Source of the DNA: a virus
Taxonomy: Duplodnaviria > Caudoviricetes
IMG/VR virus record: IMGVR_UViG_3300025141_000124
Coordinates: 1-54,454 of that record
DNA length: 54,454 nucleotides
Reading direction: 5' to 3' (one strand)
Below, piece by piece: positions 21,001 to 30,096 of this stretch; position 1 is the stretch's first letter, and every line of letters starts with the position of its first letter. Made by a program: the position numbers and the translations under genes. The notes beneath the pieces were generated by a model, which saw only the letters and a program-made list of their open reading frames with translations, did no database searches and was not told where the DNA came from.

Positions 21001-22572
21001 AAATGATCTTGCGGAACAAATCTTCTGATTAAACCATCGCTGATCATTCAGTAAATAAGTTTCTTTTGAAAAATCTCGTGAGCCAAGAACCATTTCTGGT
21101 CTATTCATTTCTCCTAACAAATCTGTTGAGCTTGTTGCTCCGATTAGTTCCGCAGAAACAGAAAGTGGAATACCAACGTCTTTATGGTCGTATAAGCTAC
21201 CTAATATTACATCTCCCGCATATATCCTTGTAGAAAAAGAATCTTTCTTATAATCATCAAGGCTTTTCATTAATCTTTTTAGTTTTGTTTCTTGGTCTTT
21301 GGGTTTGGCACCAGGATTAGCAATAACCTCAGGATCAACAATGGCCCTCAAAGAATTCTTGAAGTAAGGCTTTGTAAGAACTGGGGCCGTAAACATCTCC
21401 AGAGCGTCATCTGCTTCGACAAATCCGACCGGCAGATTAACTAATTGTTGCGGAGCAATTATTGGTGATAAGAAATATTTATATGAAGAATCGTGTCCTT
21501 CTTCAGAGATAGTTAAAAATATATCACTTTCATCTGATGGATATGTTAGATCTGCGTCAATTACTTCGATATCTGGAGGAAAAGCATGGTCAAAAACTAT
21601 TGCCTTATAATCCTTGCTCTGCTTATTTATAAGCTCAAAGCAAAAGAATAAATTTTCATCATCTGATGTGCCTTCTAGATTAATAACTCCTGAGCTATTT
21701 CTTCCTGATAAATCTGGAGTCTTTATGTATAAAGATCCATTTACTTCGGTATAGTATCCTATTACTCCTTGAGATTTGCTGCTTTCTATAAAATCTTCTT
21801 TTATATGAAAAATTGGAAAAAGCTCCAACAAGATTTGAGATATTCTTTCGTCAGTTATGTTATCTATATCAATATCTGATAAGAATCCAGTTAGTTCACC
21901 AAATGTTACTCCGGAAATTCCAACATAATTTTTTAATCCAAAAATAGGATTGCTAAGCTCCTGAGTTAATGCCTCCAAAATAGACTTTATTTTTTCAATT
22001 GGAATGAATTTAAATCCACCAATTTTAGATACAGAACTTAATCTTATTCTTTTTTTGTTCTTACTTTCTACCTCGCTGTTAACCGAATCAACGCTTGATA
22101 GTGAGCTTCTAAGGCTGCTCATATACAAACTTGGTAAGCCACTAGAGTGAAGTCCAGTGGTTATATTCGGCATATTCTGGAGGGCTCTATTTATTTTTAC
22201 TCTTGCGTTTACAAGCTCAGAAATTTTCTGAGAATCACTATCAGATATTTGTTCAATTTTATTTTTAGCAAATGTAGCAAGCTCTTTTATTGGAAGATTA
22301 TAACGACCAAGCTTATCGGCACTAAGAGGCCTGATATCCGTGCCCTTAAAAGCTATCTTGACTATAGAGCCGCCAATAAGCGGAACGACATCAAAGTCGC
22401 CACTGCCGGCACTTGAAGCCTCCGGAAATAGAACCTCATAGCCAGCGCCTTCTAGGCCGGCACGGCTAGTTGATTCGTCTTCCTCTATGCAGTTTACCTT
22501 GACTTTAGAGAAATCTTCGTCCGTATTTATGGGTCCGATTAGATCTAATAAAATCTTTGAAGAATTAGCCAT
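15007..22572 (-). CDS. Giant hypothetical virion protein (2521 aa) with coiled coil, Ala/Ser-rich linker and long Cys-containing hydrophobic block
   Basis: Long ORF with GGAG SD upstream; sits between the spike and wedge genes; hydrophobic block at ~17820-17400. Confidence 0.75.
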   Translation of the reverse strand: MANSSKILLDLIGPINTDEDFSKVKVNCIEEDESTSRAGLEGAGYEVLFPEASSAGSGDFDVVPLIGGSIVKIAFKGTDIRPLSADKLGRYNLPIKELATFAKNKIEQISDSDSQKISELVNARVKINRALQNMPNITTGLHSSGLPSLYMSSLRSSLSSVDSVNSEVESKNKKRIRLSSVSKIGGFKFIPIEKIKSILEALTQELSNPIFGLKNYVGISGVTFGELTGFLSDIDIDNITDERISQILLELFPIFHIKEDFIESSKSQGVIGYYTEVNGSLYIKTPDLSGRNSSGVINLEGTSDDENLFFCFELINKQSKDYKAIVFDHAFPPDIEVIDADLTYPSDESDIFLTISEEGHDSSYKYFLSPIIAPQQLVNLPVGFVEADDALEMFTAPVLTKPYFKNSLRAIVDPEVIANPGAKPKDQETKLKRLMKSLDDYKKDSFSTRIYAGDVILGSLYDHKDVGIPLSVSAELIGATSSTDLLGEMNRPEMVLGSRDFSKETYLLNDQRWFNQKICSARSFAAFVCPNILTDIGQIPANWIALGSPALGEEGITLKIPFGENNAGVSLYNPGIVSSFALYAVDKYGQIIRVSGENIKINPQSFIISSLTPDGFLEDGTVLHKNSDIENLTIELTEPISSGSIYLYEAISETEPGNGILFDADGITISYQSQQLSLSSSDSDSLIKNLFGTRTGKFFIQIVLDTGITSDFILINIESEGTVIGDVPSAPDPRITFKDPNLLKAPRFGREIDSIPLLMDDKTNAEIILRYDKPVFKKGLELYAYIGVLNNQENNDILKEDIGWPTTVTKSSSPLVYTLLDTPDHTSLIIPTGLEYELGSEYFSRINNGTNRRVKLKFPGPGSKLNLSRFNQLTYSGGNYRAYIILSNSKITDATPILQKPNYAIIPIGSKKGEEDKPAFINPPHITGLAIRVSGAGIGTDQSFSNISKAGVDSCGKYIDWLDSTQGGPIAYQAELKTNNKIERLAVIFNGPPDEPRKSRSYSFTIGSGSSAKKITKYRFGFVKGESEKLVANFHNITGITDTGYLDVVVTKKDKRFNVTYDSTVYNRLTVSFSGSGEVIDDSIVKNDPSISEDAMILASEENKLIPYIFYDQISPYPNIFPANLGLSSIPIQTDPGKWAFTPTTSFLRFPSPIKIYPSVDLIFGSEIDGKTYGMFLSDSDANPSKENSHGEIVKINILGDSEAQIPLSEVQAGIDRVKEQGEEQLANLDRQKAALESEKEGATEGEVSDIDGKIQEIEEKQADYNQALTTADAASASATEASDAAESADPSSAAASAAGAATGAAADALGLLEDGLALIQSLTDKLSSLTQLASQAADGLVQSASAMEPRASDFTRTNIDNIYIDKDSLIPTSFIQQTDDNTEFKLTLTFRFGQTSAIKFNVPEIIEIEDDGGARYSANGDLKFSDFRLKSNKAFFIIASGATRDTKVELGGRRLKILGFKLVGINQRFKVRAPDLGLSLYGADNCISIALTNSSEKHMQIARQLGNDIAIDLEDKIESSISGGARSKRGSPSDLKEKLEERYLKFMSVTLDKANVPKEQIQSFCDMSFHLTAELTMQLRNFKVLLVPIKVIFCIIDVICALLNPIALVFAIIRLFLCLYDLILLLPQLAVPAMALALVLHVVELLLCIIIKVLGIINAINEISTALQNAIEQKNYPAIIALEETIAEHLASLEADLTVLDPILNVLALFLELLSLTFAFPCQIKTDADEEACIDPSQLAGLIMSKVVPAGRIVPDALLPMAQTYTTLPVDDVGSAGNTPPAIFDFGSILSEVSEQASGVEIVSDNTGFGGRPLPGIRSSLTGDNILIEEGGFFEGDLDGNGEHDNVNYQSLRFNGGSFEGTFGLSFSRSTKEFAIFTGPDPRMVWFEFNESGKTAPHAFIPFFAPFFDKKTIDNLQTLDSPPSFLKPDGNSLKIAGDMDDIGFVSPIDGASDKDTTGGFFLERGADLNGARTYQPKPLTVTFELQEPGVNPDTLSAEFTPVEVTKTFGSIPMIALIDDEFNIYFVEEPGTGQGGIIVEDVNGVPAITAIHAKMMNFPTAPKKAFAVEGREIYLSFAELNPDPASIQAASLEALENDHEINAGEILIWQQANYNAIADSADQPFEFFADGTAVGDYNYVGGSPEDIDAITRAANTINVFDFPTLYIVDMRQLADDIAAACGASGPTELLLDLPGFTDTETIEDSITTLSECTQAFLDYFSSTIEDLNGVPVGIIPKVRSFLELGNVPEQISVRDVIDQYNILKDCYEGEIDNICGFVINPLNTSFKLLNDEDETPLTDFIDPEQEGLANLINFDIVDELEFDEELDGFPKITGAMEYASGVGDSAIVTVGSKAVINITPRDCYDDVLSPALDLTDSIKIDFLRDDTGGAKLASPSEGNEASIFEKNGGEYTFAITAPAAGIVKVRATVCSTVIQAVTDRGIIIPETDELEAKVDCVDDSAISIAEAEEVFAPGALTKVDRILTILFAKGIDSSSSGDKDRENSAKSSKPTPQTFGTKLEN

Positions 22573-22615
22573 CTATATAGCTCCAGATATTAACATATTA
22601 CCTTGAATAATAATA

Positions 22616-25009
22616 TTATTCAAGGTAATCAAATAAGCAGTGAGCCTGAGCCAAAACTCCCTCTATTGTTGCAGTAGGGGTGTCTATAGATATTGGATCC
22701 TTATAGGTCTTTCTGGGAGACTGATTTCCTTCTCTTACCTCAACACTCTGTCCGGCTAAAATCAGCTTAGAAGTACTTTCTAGGCAGATATCTCCGTCAT
22801 TTCTTATAATCATAGGGCTGCCAGTATTCATGCCAGCAATTACAAGCCCATTTTTACTTATGGAGATTATATAATCTGATGCGTTAGTCTCTTCGGCTTC
22901 TTCTCCGAGAAATCCCTTGTGATTAACATTTACTCTTAATTCAAATCTTCCTTCATTAAATTTATCACCATTTGTTCCTCCAACATTTATGAGGGCATCT
23001 CCATCTGTTTGTAGAATTAAACTTCTATTATTCTTATCTTTTCCAAACCAAGCAATCATGCTTCCTGCGGTATCTAATATAATACTTTTCATATCATTAT
23101 GATCCGCTCCAACAGATGCCTCAATTGCTCCTTCAAAATTTAGATTTGCGCTCTTTCCGCCAGAAGCTTTCCTGCTCTCTCCAGACTCGTCAACATTGGT
23201 TGTTGATACGACATCTCCATCATCATTCTTACTTACCGCGAATGAGTTAGTATACTGATAATTTGCTCTATTATCATTTTCATCAAAGTCAAGAGTAAGA
23301 TCTTTTCCAGCCACCAAAACTCCACCGCCCGGATCAATAGCTGGACTGCCCGGAGAGACTCCTACTGCTGCCATATAAGTTACTTGAGCTGAATCTTCCC
23401 CATTTAAATCAAGTGCCTCAGAGCTTCTTTCAAAAGATTTATTTATAGAGTTTCCCGGAATAAACCCTACGCATGCTGTGTTTTGAAATGGAATCAAAAC
23501 GCTATTAATGGTGTTTGCTATCAGCATCTCAGCAGCAGCATAAATATTATGATGTTTTGTTGGGTTTATTCGAATATTTTCAGGCTGCTCAGCGGTTTGT
23601 TCTAATCCCTGGAAGTAACTATCATCATTTGAGTGTCTAATTCCTGTAAATCTAGTTACGCCTTCTCCCTCAGAAAGAACGAGATCTACGGCAGATTCAG
23701 ACGGAATAAGAATTCCGCTCTCAGCATCCCTTAGTGTTATTGGAATTTTTTCTTTTTTTCTAAAGTTATATGTTGTTTCTATCTTCTCAGAAGAATCAGA
23801 ATAAAACTCAGCAAAGTTTGGATAAAAAATATTTCCAGTATCTGATGTCGCAGGGATGTTCGCCTTTAAAGCCCCCTCTTTATCAATGGAAAAAATGAAA
23901 TTACTTTCATTATTAGATACCTCATTGGACAGGCTGTTTGTTGATAGCTGGAAATGATATCCCATTCCTCTGCGAGACTGGAGCCGGCCCTTCTCATATT
24001 CCAATCGAATGTCTGATTCATCGGCCCGACCACCAGCATTACCAATAACAACTCGGCCATAATTTGGATCTAATAGCTCTCCTCTTGAGTTGATAACGTT
24101 TCCTGCAATAATCTCTATAAGCTGGTGAGGCGCTAAATGTAAAGCATTCTCTTGAGAAATAGCTCTTGTTTCTTTGTTATTTGAAAATTTAGATACATTT
24201 ATTGAGTCAATTTCTCCAGATTCAACATCCCAGCCTCTAAAGTAATCAGATTCAGAAATCTCATTAATAACAATTCTGTACTCAGATAGAGCAGGATTTC
24301 TTTTATCTCCAAAAATACTTGATCTTGCAGCTCTAAACCCCGGATATATTCCCCTTACCATTCCGTAGTCTAAATTATATGTTTTTAAATCATTGCCAAT
24401 ATCTGCAATTCCGCTTTTTTGAGTGAATCCAGATGGAATTCTAATTGCGTCTCTTGACGTAATTCTGTGGGCCGAACTAACCAGCTGCATAGAGTCGGAT
24501 ACTAATGCCGTATTTGTTTTTACGGAATTTGCTTTAGATATAAATAATCCACTAGAATGTTCGTTCCCAAGAAAAATTCCAGCAATAGCTCCGTCTCCGC
24601 CAAATAAATACAGTTCCCCGCCACCAGCGCCTACGGCCTTAAGCTCTCCCGGCACCAATCCCTTTGTTGGATAGTTGGATCTTCCTGCTAAAGTATTTCT
24701 CGAAGGCGCTCTTGATTCGGAGTTATCTCTATCTGCTTTAGGAATAATTCTTAATGCCTGGAATATCCCCTTCCCGCCTGGAAAAACTCTAGAATAAATA
24801 ACAGTATCACCAATGTCTGGATGCTGATAAATTCCTGCGCTGCCTGTTCCTCCATAGTAAACTGGAGGAATTATTATTGGATCCTTAATATCCGTTAAAT
24901 CAGTTACTACATGCAAATCTCCAGTATTTTTATCAACCTTTATTATTCTGCCTTCTTTTACTTTATATTTTTGGAGCTGATTCTTTACGCTATCCACGCC
25001 TACTTTCAT
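22616..25009 (-). CDS. Baseplate central spike (gp5 / gpV-like, N-terminal OB fold), 797 aa
   Basis: N-terminal GRIIKVD...GIYQHPDIGDTVIY OB-fold pattern, PGELKAVGAGGGELYL, and beta-strand-rich C-terminus; abuts the hub gene. Confidence 0.65.
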   Translation of the reverse strand: MKVGVDSVKNQLQKYKVKEGRIIKVDKNTGDLHVVTDLTDIKDPIIIPPVYYGGTGSAGIYQHPDIGDTVIYSRVFPGGKGIFQALRIIPKADRDNSESRAPSRNTLAGRSNYPTKGLVPGELKAVGAGGGELYLFGGDGAIAGIFLGNEHSSGLFISKANSVKTNTALVSDSMQLVSSAHRITSRDAIRIPSGFTQKSGIADIGNDLKTYNLDYGMVRGIYPGFRAARSSIFGDKRNPALSEYRIVINEISESDYFRGWDVESGEIDSINVSKFSNNKETRAISQENALHLAPHQLIEIIAGNVINSRGELLDPNYGRVVIGNAGGRADESDIRLEYEKGRLQSRRGMGYHFQLSTNSLSNEVSNNESNFIFSIDKEGALKANIPATSDTGNIFYPNFAEFYSDSSEKIETTYNFRKKEKIPITLRDAESGILIPSESAVDLVLSEGEGVTRFTGIRHSNDDSYFQGLEQTAEQPENIRINPTKHHNIYAAAEMLIANTINSVLIPFQNTACVGFIPGNSINKSFERSSEALDLNGEDSAQVTYMAAVGVSPGSPAIDPGGGVLVAGKDLTLDFDENDNRANYQYTNSFAVSKNDDGDVVSTTNVDESGESRKASGGKSANLNFEGAIEASVGADHNDMKSIILDTAGSMIAWFGKDKNNRSLILQTDGDALINVGGTNGDKFNEGRFELRVNVNHKGFLGEEAEETNASDYIISISKNGLVIAGMNTGSPMIIRNDGDICLESTSKLILAGQSVEVREGNQSPRKTYKDPISIDTPTATIEGVLAQAHCLFDYLE

Positions 25010-28000
25010 TTAAGTAACCTCCTTACTGAGAAGGCCTGACGGAATATCAACTATCCCTATCTCTATTATGCCTGATTTATAACCCCTCGATGCAGCTCCA
25101 ACTACCTCTGTTCGTATATCAAGCCAGCCGGCTTGGCTTGGGCCGCCCTTCGGAAAAATACCAGATGCCTGATCATCGGTCAGCGAGCTAATACTTTCAT
25201 CATGCTTTAGGGCAGACAGAATTCTTCTGTCCAAACACTTGATTTCTCCAATTTGATTTTTATCTGTTTTCTTGAAGTATGAAACTTGCTCAATAATTTT
25301 ATTCGCAGGAACACTCCGAACCGGCTGACTGTTGGGCAGGGTCAATGGCTTTAGGGTATTTTTTCCGGCTCCACCTAATAGCGGATTCTTCTGAGATATC
25401 TGGGAGGGTCGCTCAAATAGCTCCCTTATCTTTGCCATCTTACCTTGAGCGCTCTCAATCCCTTCTTCATCATCTTCGTCTAGTGCAAAGCCTCTTATCA
25501 AGAGGTACCTTGACCCGGAAAGACTTCCGATTAAATCTAGCATCATATTGGTGAATCTAATCTGATTATCTTTGAATGACAGGAGGCTAGCTAAAGACGC
25601 ATCATCTGACGGGAATACTAATGTTGAGTCTGGATTGAGTGGTCGATAATTATCATCAGTTTCGCTTGATCTATAGATTAGCGTTGGGTCATCTAAAAAG
25701 CTAGATACCAGTTGCTGGCCAATAACATCTAGCGGGCCGGGTATGTAGCCTCCGACGGGGTGACCATATTCAACGGTTAAATCTGTAGTAAATGAACTGC
25801 CAAAGTTAAAAGTGTGGGCGACACTTTTCACGTAATATAACAAGCCTTTGCTTGGAATATAAACGGTATCTCCAGGCTGATAGAACTCATTTCCGGCGAT
25901 AGTAACTGTTCCGGTATTTATCGATAGCTTCTCCATTCCAAGCTTCAAAATTGCATACGGTTTCGCCTGACCATTAGAATCACTTATAAACGGAAGAGAT
26001 AGCTGGTGCGCCTGGTAGCCGTACTGTCTCCATAGGTCAAAATCTGTTGCTCCAGCCCAGAAGTAAAGATCCTCAAGTCCGCGATTTATATTTGCGCCGA
26101 AGCCGAGTGGGGCGTCACCCTTTATGTCTAATCTGGTGAAATTGGGAGGATTCTCCTGAAAGGTGGAATTAAGAATATGCTCATCTTTCAATATGAACCT
26201 TTTTCCAGAACCCTGCCCTAAGAGGTTTCTCGTGTCATCCTCAATTAAGTGATCATATAAGGATCCTTCTGCCATTTTGCCAGTCAAGATGTCAGATCTT
26301 GTCTGTAGGGCGTTTGCACTTCTTTCTAAAAAGTCTACAACTTTATCATTTATATTTAGCTCTATCCCGTCTGACTCTTCTCCAGTTCGAAGAATAGTCT
26401 CTATCTCCTTAAGCTCTTCTTCTTTAGCTAGATTTGCCTGAAGCATTGAAACGAGACTATCTCGATCTGATATTGTCTTTTCTAACGTACTTATTAGCCC
26501 ACTAGAGCCTGCGAAGATAGCCTTGTCTCTCGAATCTTCATCTGTTATTTTGTAAACAAAATTCTTATCATTAAACTCGGACTCTATGTGCAATCCATTT
26601 GCCGGGTCGCGACCGAATTGCCTTTTGAATGTATTTCTAATATTATTTAAGTCAGAAGCCGTAAAGTTCGTCGCAGGGGCTTCGCCCTCGCCTTGTGATC
26701 CGGTAGACCCTCCCGCTGGAGTCTGCAGATCGCTTATTACGCTTGATTGCTCTTGAATAATTTGATCAAAGACGCCCAATAATTTATCAGTATTTCCCCC
26801 TAAGACATCTCCCTTATGCTGAAAGCTTGCAGATAAATCTAGACTATTTTCCGCCTGCCTTACCGATCTGAGTGGATCAGTAGATGTTATATTTGTTTGA
26901 AATAATCCTAAAAATTTTGTTTGAGCGGAGCTGCTAGGCTCCTCACCGGGAGTGTTACTATGATTTATAACAACTCCAAAAAACGGAAGAGAATCTGCTC
27001 CGCTAAGATTCATATTTGGAATAAGATTTTTATCAGGATATTGTCCTAAAAGCAATGATATAAGAACTATTTTTAGATTATACGTATGTATCTGGAGATA
27101 CATTCCTTCTATTCTTGTTTGAAATAAGTCTGTTATAAAGCTAGGAATAATGCTCTTATTCTCTTTCTTTTGAATTCTAATTGATTCCTTAAGAACACTT
27201 AATGGAACCCTGTTCCACGGCGGTGGCCTAAATTCCAAGTGACCCTGGGAGTTCGCAAAGAACTCAAGATCTAAATAACCAGAAGCTTCGCTGCACAACT
27301 GCCATGAGTTCTTGAACTCTCCATCAAACAGCTTCCAGCCGCCTGTGTTTAAAGCCAAAATAAATGGCTTAATATCCGCTGAGTCATACTGGTCAGAAAC
27401 TATTAAGAGGTTTCTATCTCGGTTAAGCCTAACATCTTCTATTTTCCTCTGAGCCCCAACAAGCATCATAGCTCTAGTCACATCATTGTTTTCCTCTGCA
27501 TCTCCAGACACAGGAAGGTTTACCGCTCCTGATAAACTAATTTGAATTCCAACTTGATCCTCAGATGTTAAAGCGTTACCTGACGTAGTACCTATTTTAA
27601 TTTGATTTCTAATGGCATTATCAATTGTTTCTATTTCCGATTGTAGTGTAGATACAAAGGCATTTATTGGAGAGATTCTTGATGGGCTCTTTTTTATATC
27701 TGCAATTTTTCTCCTTAGAACCCTCTTTCTTTTCTGCAGCTCCTTAACATTATTGTTGGCCAAGTCTCTTGCACTGGCATTATTAAATGCCTGCTCGGTG
27801 CTTGCTGAGTTCATTGTTAACATTCGATACGGCTGAAAATTTCCATAATAATTATTTTGTTTTCGAATAGTATTTAGAACTCCGGTTAACGGATCAAGGG
27901 GACTGAGTCTTGATGACTTATCTCTCTTATTATGTGCTGCAAACGCCTGCTCAATAAAGCTTTCTATGTTATATGGCTGTCCAACAATCAAAATGCTTAA

Positions 28001-30073
28001 TATGTTTGGGATATCTAAATTATTTAAAACATTATCTGTGACAGTTACTTGATTTACTTCACTGTGGTTAATATTATCTTGTGATTCTCCAGTAGCATCT
28101 GCAGCCTGGAATCCGGCAGTAGCCGTTATTATTCCAGACTTCCATCTATAAACAAATCCACTTGGATGCTGTAAAATCTTCTTGCCACTGAGCGATCCAA
28201 TTCCGTTATACTGACCCTGTAGTAAATTTCCTTCTGATGCATTTTGTCCGGCAAATAGTCCAGAATCGTAGCTAAGCATTCCAGTTTGTAGTAGCTGTTT
28301 ATTCTCATGCAAAAGCTCTCTTGATCCGGGAATTATAGCCCCCTGATCATCTCTGCTAAAATCATATGGAGTTAATGGATCTTCGAGAATTCCCTTTGGG
28401 TCTGCTAGCGCTGGCCGAATGGCAAACTGGCTCCACTTGAGCCAAGACATATTATCTGTACAAGATACGCTAAGAGAGTGGAATCCGCCAGAATATGTTT
28501 CTGACAAAGAAAGTACATATCCACCAAAAACGTGGATCATCCCGAATGAATTATCTTGATTCTTTCTAAGCTTTTTATATTGTTCTATGGAAATATCCTG
28601 ATTTGTGTAAAGCTGATATTCTGCCTTAAGAATAGAATTATCTATATCTAAGAACTCACCATCAAACGGTGACTCGCTCGCCTCCTCTGGGTACGCTGAC
28701 CCAGAATCAGTATAGTCGGTAAGAGTTCTGTTTCCCCTTATGTAAAAATGAACAGGATCTGATGCATTTATGAAGTTTTTACCTAAATAAAATTCTCTTA
28801 ACCTATTTCTGATATAATCTATATCTAAAGAATCGTCTGCAGAGCCCGCTCCTGCCAATTCTATAACTGATGATATTGCAGATGATGCATCAAGTTGTGG
28901 AAGATTTCCGGACATTCCCTCTGACCCGAGCCCGCCACTTAATAGTTCTGCGAGAATTCCAACAGACCCATGTAGTGCTTCTTGAATCGCGCATTCTATG
29001 TCGTCCTCTAGGATTACTCCGATCTTGTATGGATATACCAAATTGAAACTTGCAGTAGAGGGATTTGAGTCATAGCTAACACTTGTGGAAAAATCGCTAA
29101 ACAAGGCTAGCTCGATTACTCCGGTACCCGGCCCAATAATCTGATTCTCCGGATTATCTGGATCAACAATCCATGTTGTTAGATTATTATCAGTGGAGAA
29201 CGCATTTCTCCTAAGGACAGATGCTATATCGGCATTTACCTTGTCATATTCTTCAACGGCAGAACCATAAGATACCAAGCTTCCAAAGTCATCAAAGAAA
29301 TCACCAATAGGATCTTCGGGTGTCGTTAGTCCGTCATATTCGGCTCCAAACTCAACTCTTTTCTTTGATAATATTTCGCGAGCCTGAGAAGATGGTATAT
29401 TTTTTAAATATTCTCTATTCGCAATAGATCTTCTTTCACCAGAATTAACTATAAATGTTCTAGTTGCCAGATCAAATGTTGCTTGCGATTCACTGCCACT
29501 GGAAAATTCATCAAAATTTTGAGTAGTAGTATCAAACGATGCAGCAGACATATCTTTATCTAGCCATACCTCTAGCTTCTCAGTTACATATTCTTCTTTT
29601 GTTTTTCCAAGCTTATCCACATTTAGAAAAGATCCTTCTTTCAGAAGAGAGGATAGCAGGTTTACGCTATACATATGATTATCAGAAAAGAAATTTTCAA
29701 ACTTAGTCAAGCTCTCATAGGCTCGAATCTGCTGAACCTTAAATGCAAAGAGCGCCTTAGTAGCTTTTAGTAGCATCTTTTCTGTTTTATCAATAAACCT
29801 TATGTCATTAATCCCGCCAAATGAAGAGAAAGCTTTCTTCTTAACCAGAATAACTGCGTCTGGAGACATCGTTACAATATTTCTCGTATCAGGAGTTATA
29901 GATACCGAATGATCTTGATTCAAGAAGATTGAAGCTCCAGAGTTTACTAGTGATGGTTGATTTCCGGTACCACCACCAAGTTCGACATGAGCCGGATGAG
30001 AACCTCCGATTATATCGGACGTAGCCTTAAGGAGAGCGCTCGATATATTTCTCTTTAGAGTGTTTCTGGGCAT
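25010..30073 (-). CDS. Baseplate hub (gp27 / gpD / VgrG-like) with large insertions, 1687 aa
   Basis: HVFGGYV...LSVSCTDNMSWLKWS, LEFFANSQGHLEFRPPPWN, GTVTIAGNEFYQPGDTVYI...YYVKSVAHTFNFGSSFTTDLTVEYG; located between tube initiator and spike. Confidence 0.75.
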   Translation of the reverse strand: MPRNTLKRNISSALLKATSDIIGGSHPAHVELGGGTGNQPSLVNSGASIFLNQDHSVSITPDTRNIVTMSPDAVILVKKKAFSSFGGINDIRFIDKTEKMLLKATKALFAFKVQQIRAYESLTKFENFFSDNHMYSVNLLSSLLKEGSFLNVDKLGKTKEEYVTEKLEVWLDKDMSAASFDTTTQNFDEFSSGSESQATFDLATRTFIVNSGERRSIANREYLKNIPSSQAREILSKKRVEFGAEYDGLTTPEDPIGDFFDDFGSLVSYGSAVEEYDKVNADIASVLRRNAFSTDNNLTTWIVDPDNPENQIIGPGTGVIELALFSDFSTSVSYDSNPSTASFNLVYPYKIGVILEDDIECAIQEALHGSVGILAELLSGGLGSEGMSGNLPQLDASSAISSVIELAGAGSADDSLDIDYIRNRLREFYLGKNFINASDPVHFYIRGNRTLTDYTDSGSAYPEEASESPFDGEFLDIDNSILKAEYQLYTNQDISIEQYKKLRKNQDNSFGMIHVFGGYVLSLSETYSGGFHSLSVSCTDNMSWLKWSQFAIRPALADPKGILEDPLTPYDFSRDDQGAIIPGSRELLHENKQLLQTGMLSYDSGLFAGQNASEGNLLQGQYNGIGSLSGKKILQHPSGFVYRWKSGIITATAGFQAADATGESQDNINHSEVNQVTVTDNVLNNLDIPNILSILIVGQPYNIESFIEQAFAAHNKRDKSSRLSPLDPLTGVLNTIRKQNNYYGNFQPYRMLTMNSASTEQAFNNASARDLANNNVKELQKRKRVLRRKIADIKKSPSRISPINAFVSTLQSEIETIDNAIRNQIKIGTTSGNALTSEDQVGIQISLSGAVNLPVSGDAEENNDVTRAMMLVGAQRKIEDVRLNRDRNLLIVSDQYDSADIKPFILALNTGGWKLFDGEFKNSWQLCSEASGYLDLEFFANSQGHLEFRPPPWNRVPLSVLKESIRIQKKENKSIIPSFITDLFQTRIEGMYLQIHTYNLKIVLISLLLGQYPDKNLIPNMNLSGADSLPFFGVVINHSNTPGEEPSSSAQTKFLGLFQTNITSTDPLRSVRQAENSLDLSASFQHKGDVLGGNTDKLLGVFDQIIQEQSSVISDLQTPAGGSTGSQGEGEAPATNFTASDLNNIRNTFKRQFGRDPANGLHIESEFNDKNFVYKITDEDSRDKAIFAGSSGLISTLEKTISDRDSLVSMLQANLAKEEELKEIETILRTGEESDGIELNINDKVVDFLERSANALQTRSDILTGKMAEGSLYDHLIEDDTRNLLGQGSGKRFILKDEHILNSTFQENPPNFTRLDIKGDAPLGFGANINRGLEDLYFWAGATDFDLWRQYGYQAHQLSLPFISDSNGQAKPYAILKLGMEKLSINTGTVTIAGNEFYQPGDTVYIPSKGLLYYVKSVAHTFNFGSSFTTDLTVEYGHPVGGYIPGPLDVIGQQLVSSFLDDPTLIYRSSETDDNYRPLNPDSTLVFPSDDASLASLLSFKDNQIRFTNMMLDLIGSLSGSRYLLIRGFALDEDDEEGIESAQGKMAKIRELFERPSQISQKNPLLGGAGKNTLKPLTLPNSQPVRSVPANKIIEQVSYFKKTDKNQIGEIKCLDRRILSALKHDESISSLTDDQASGIFPKGGPSQAGWLDIRTEVVGAASRGYKSGIIEIGIVDIPSGLLSKEVT

Positions 30074-30096
30074 ACTTATATGTTACTAATTCTATT

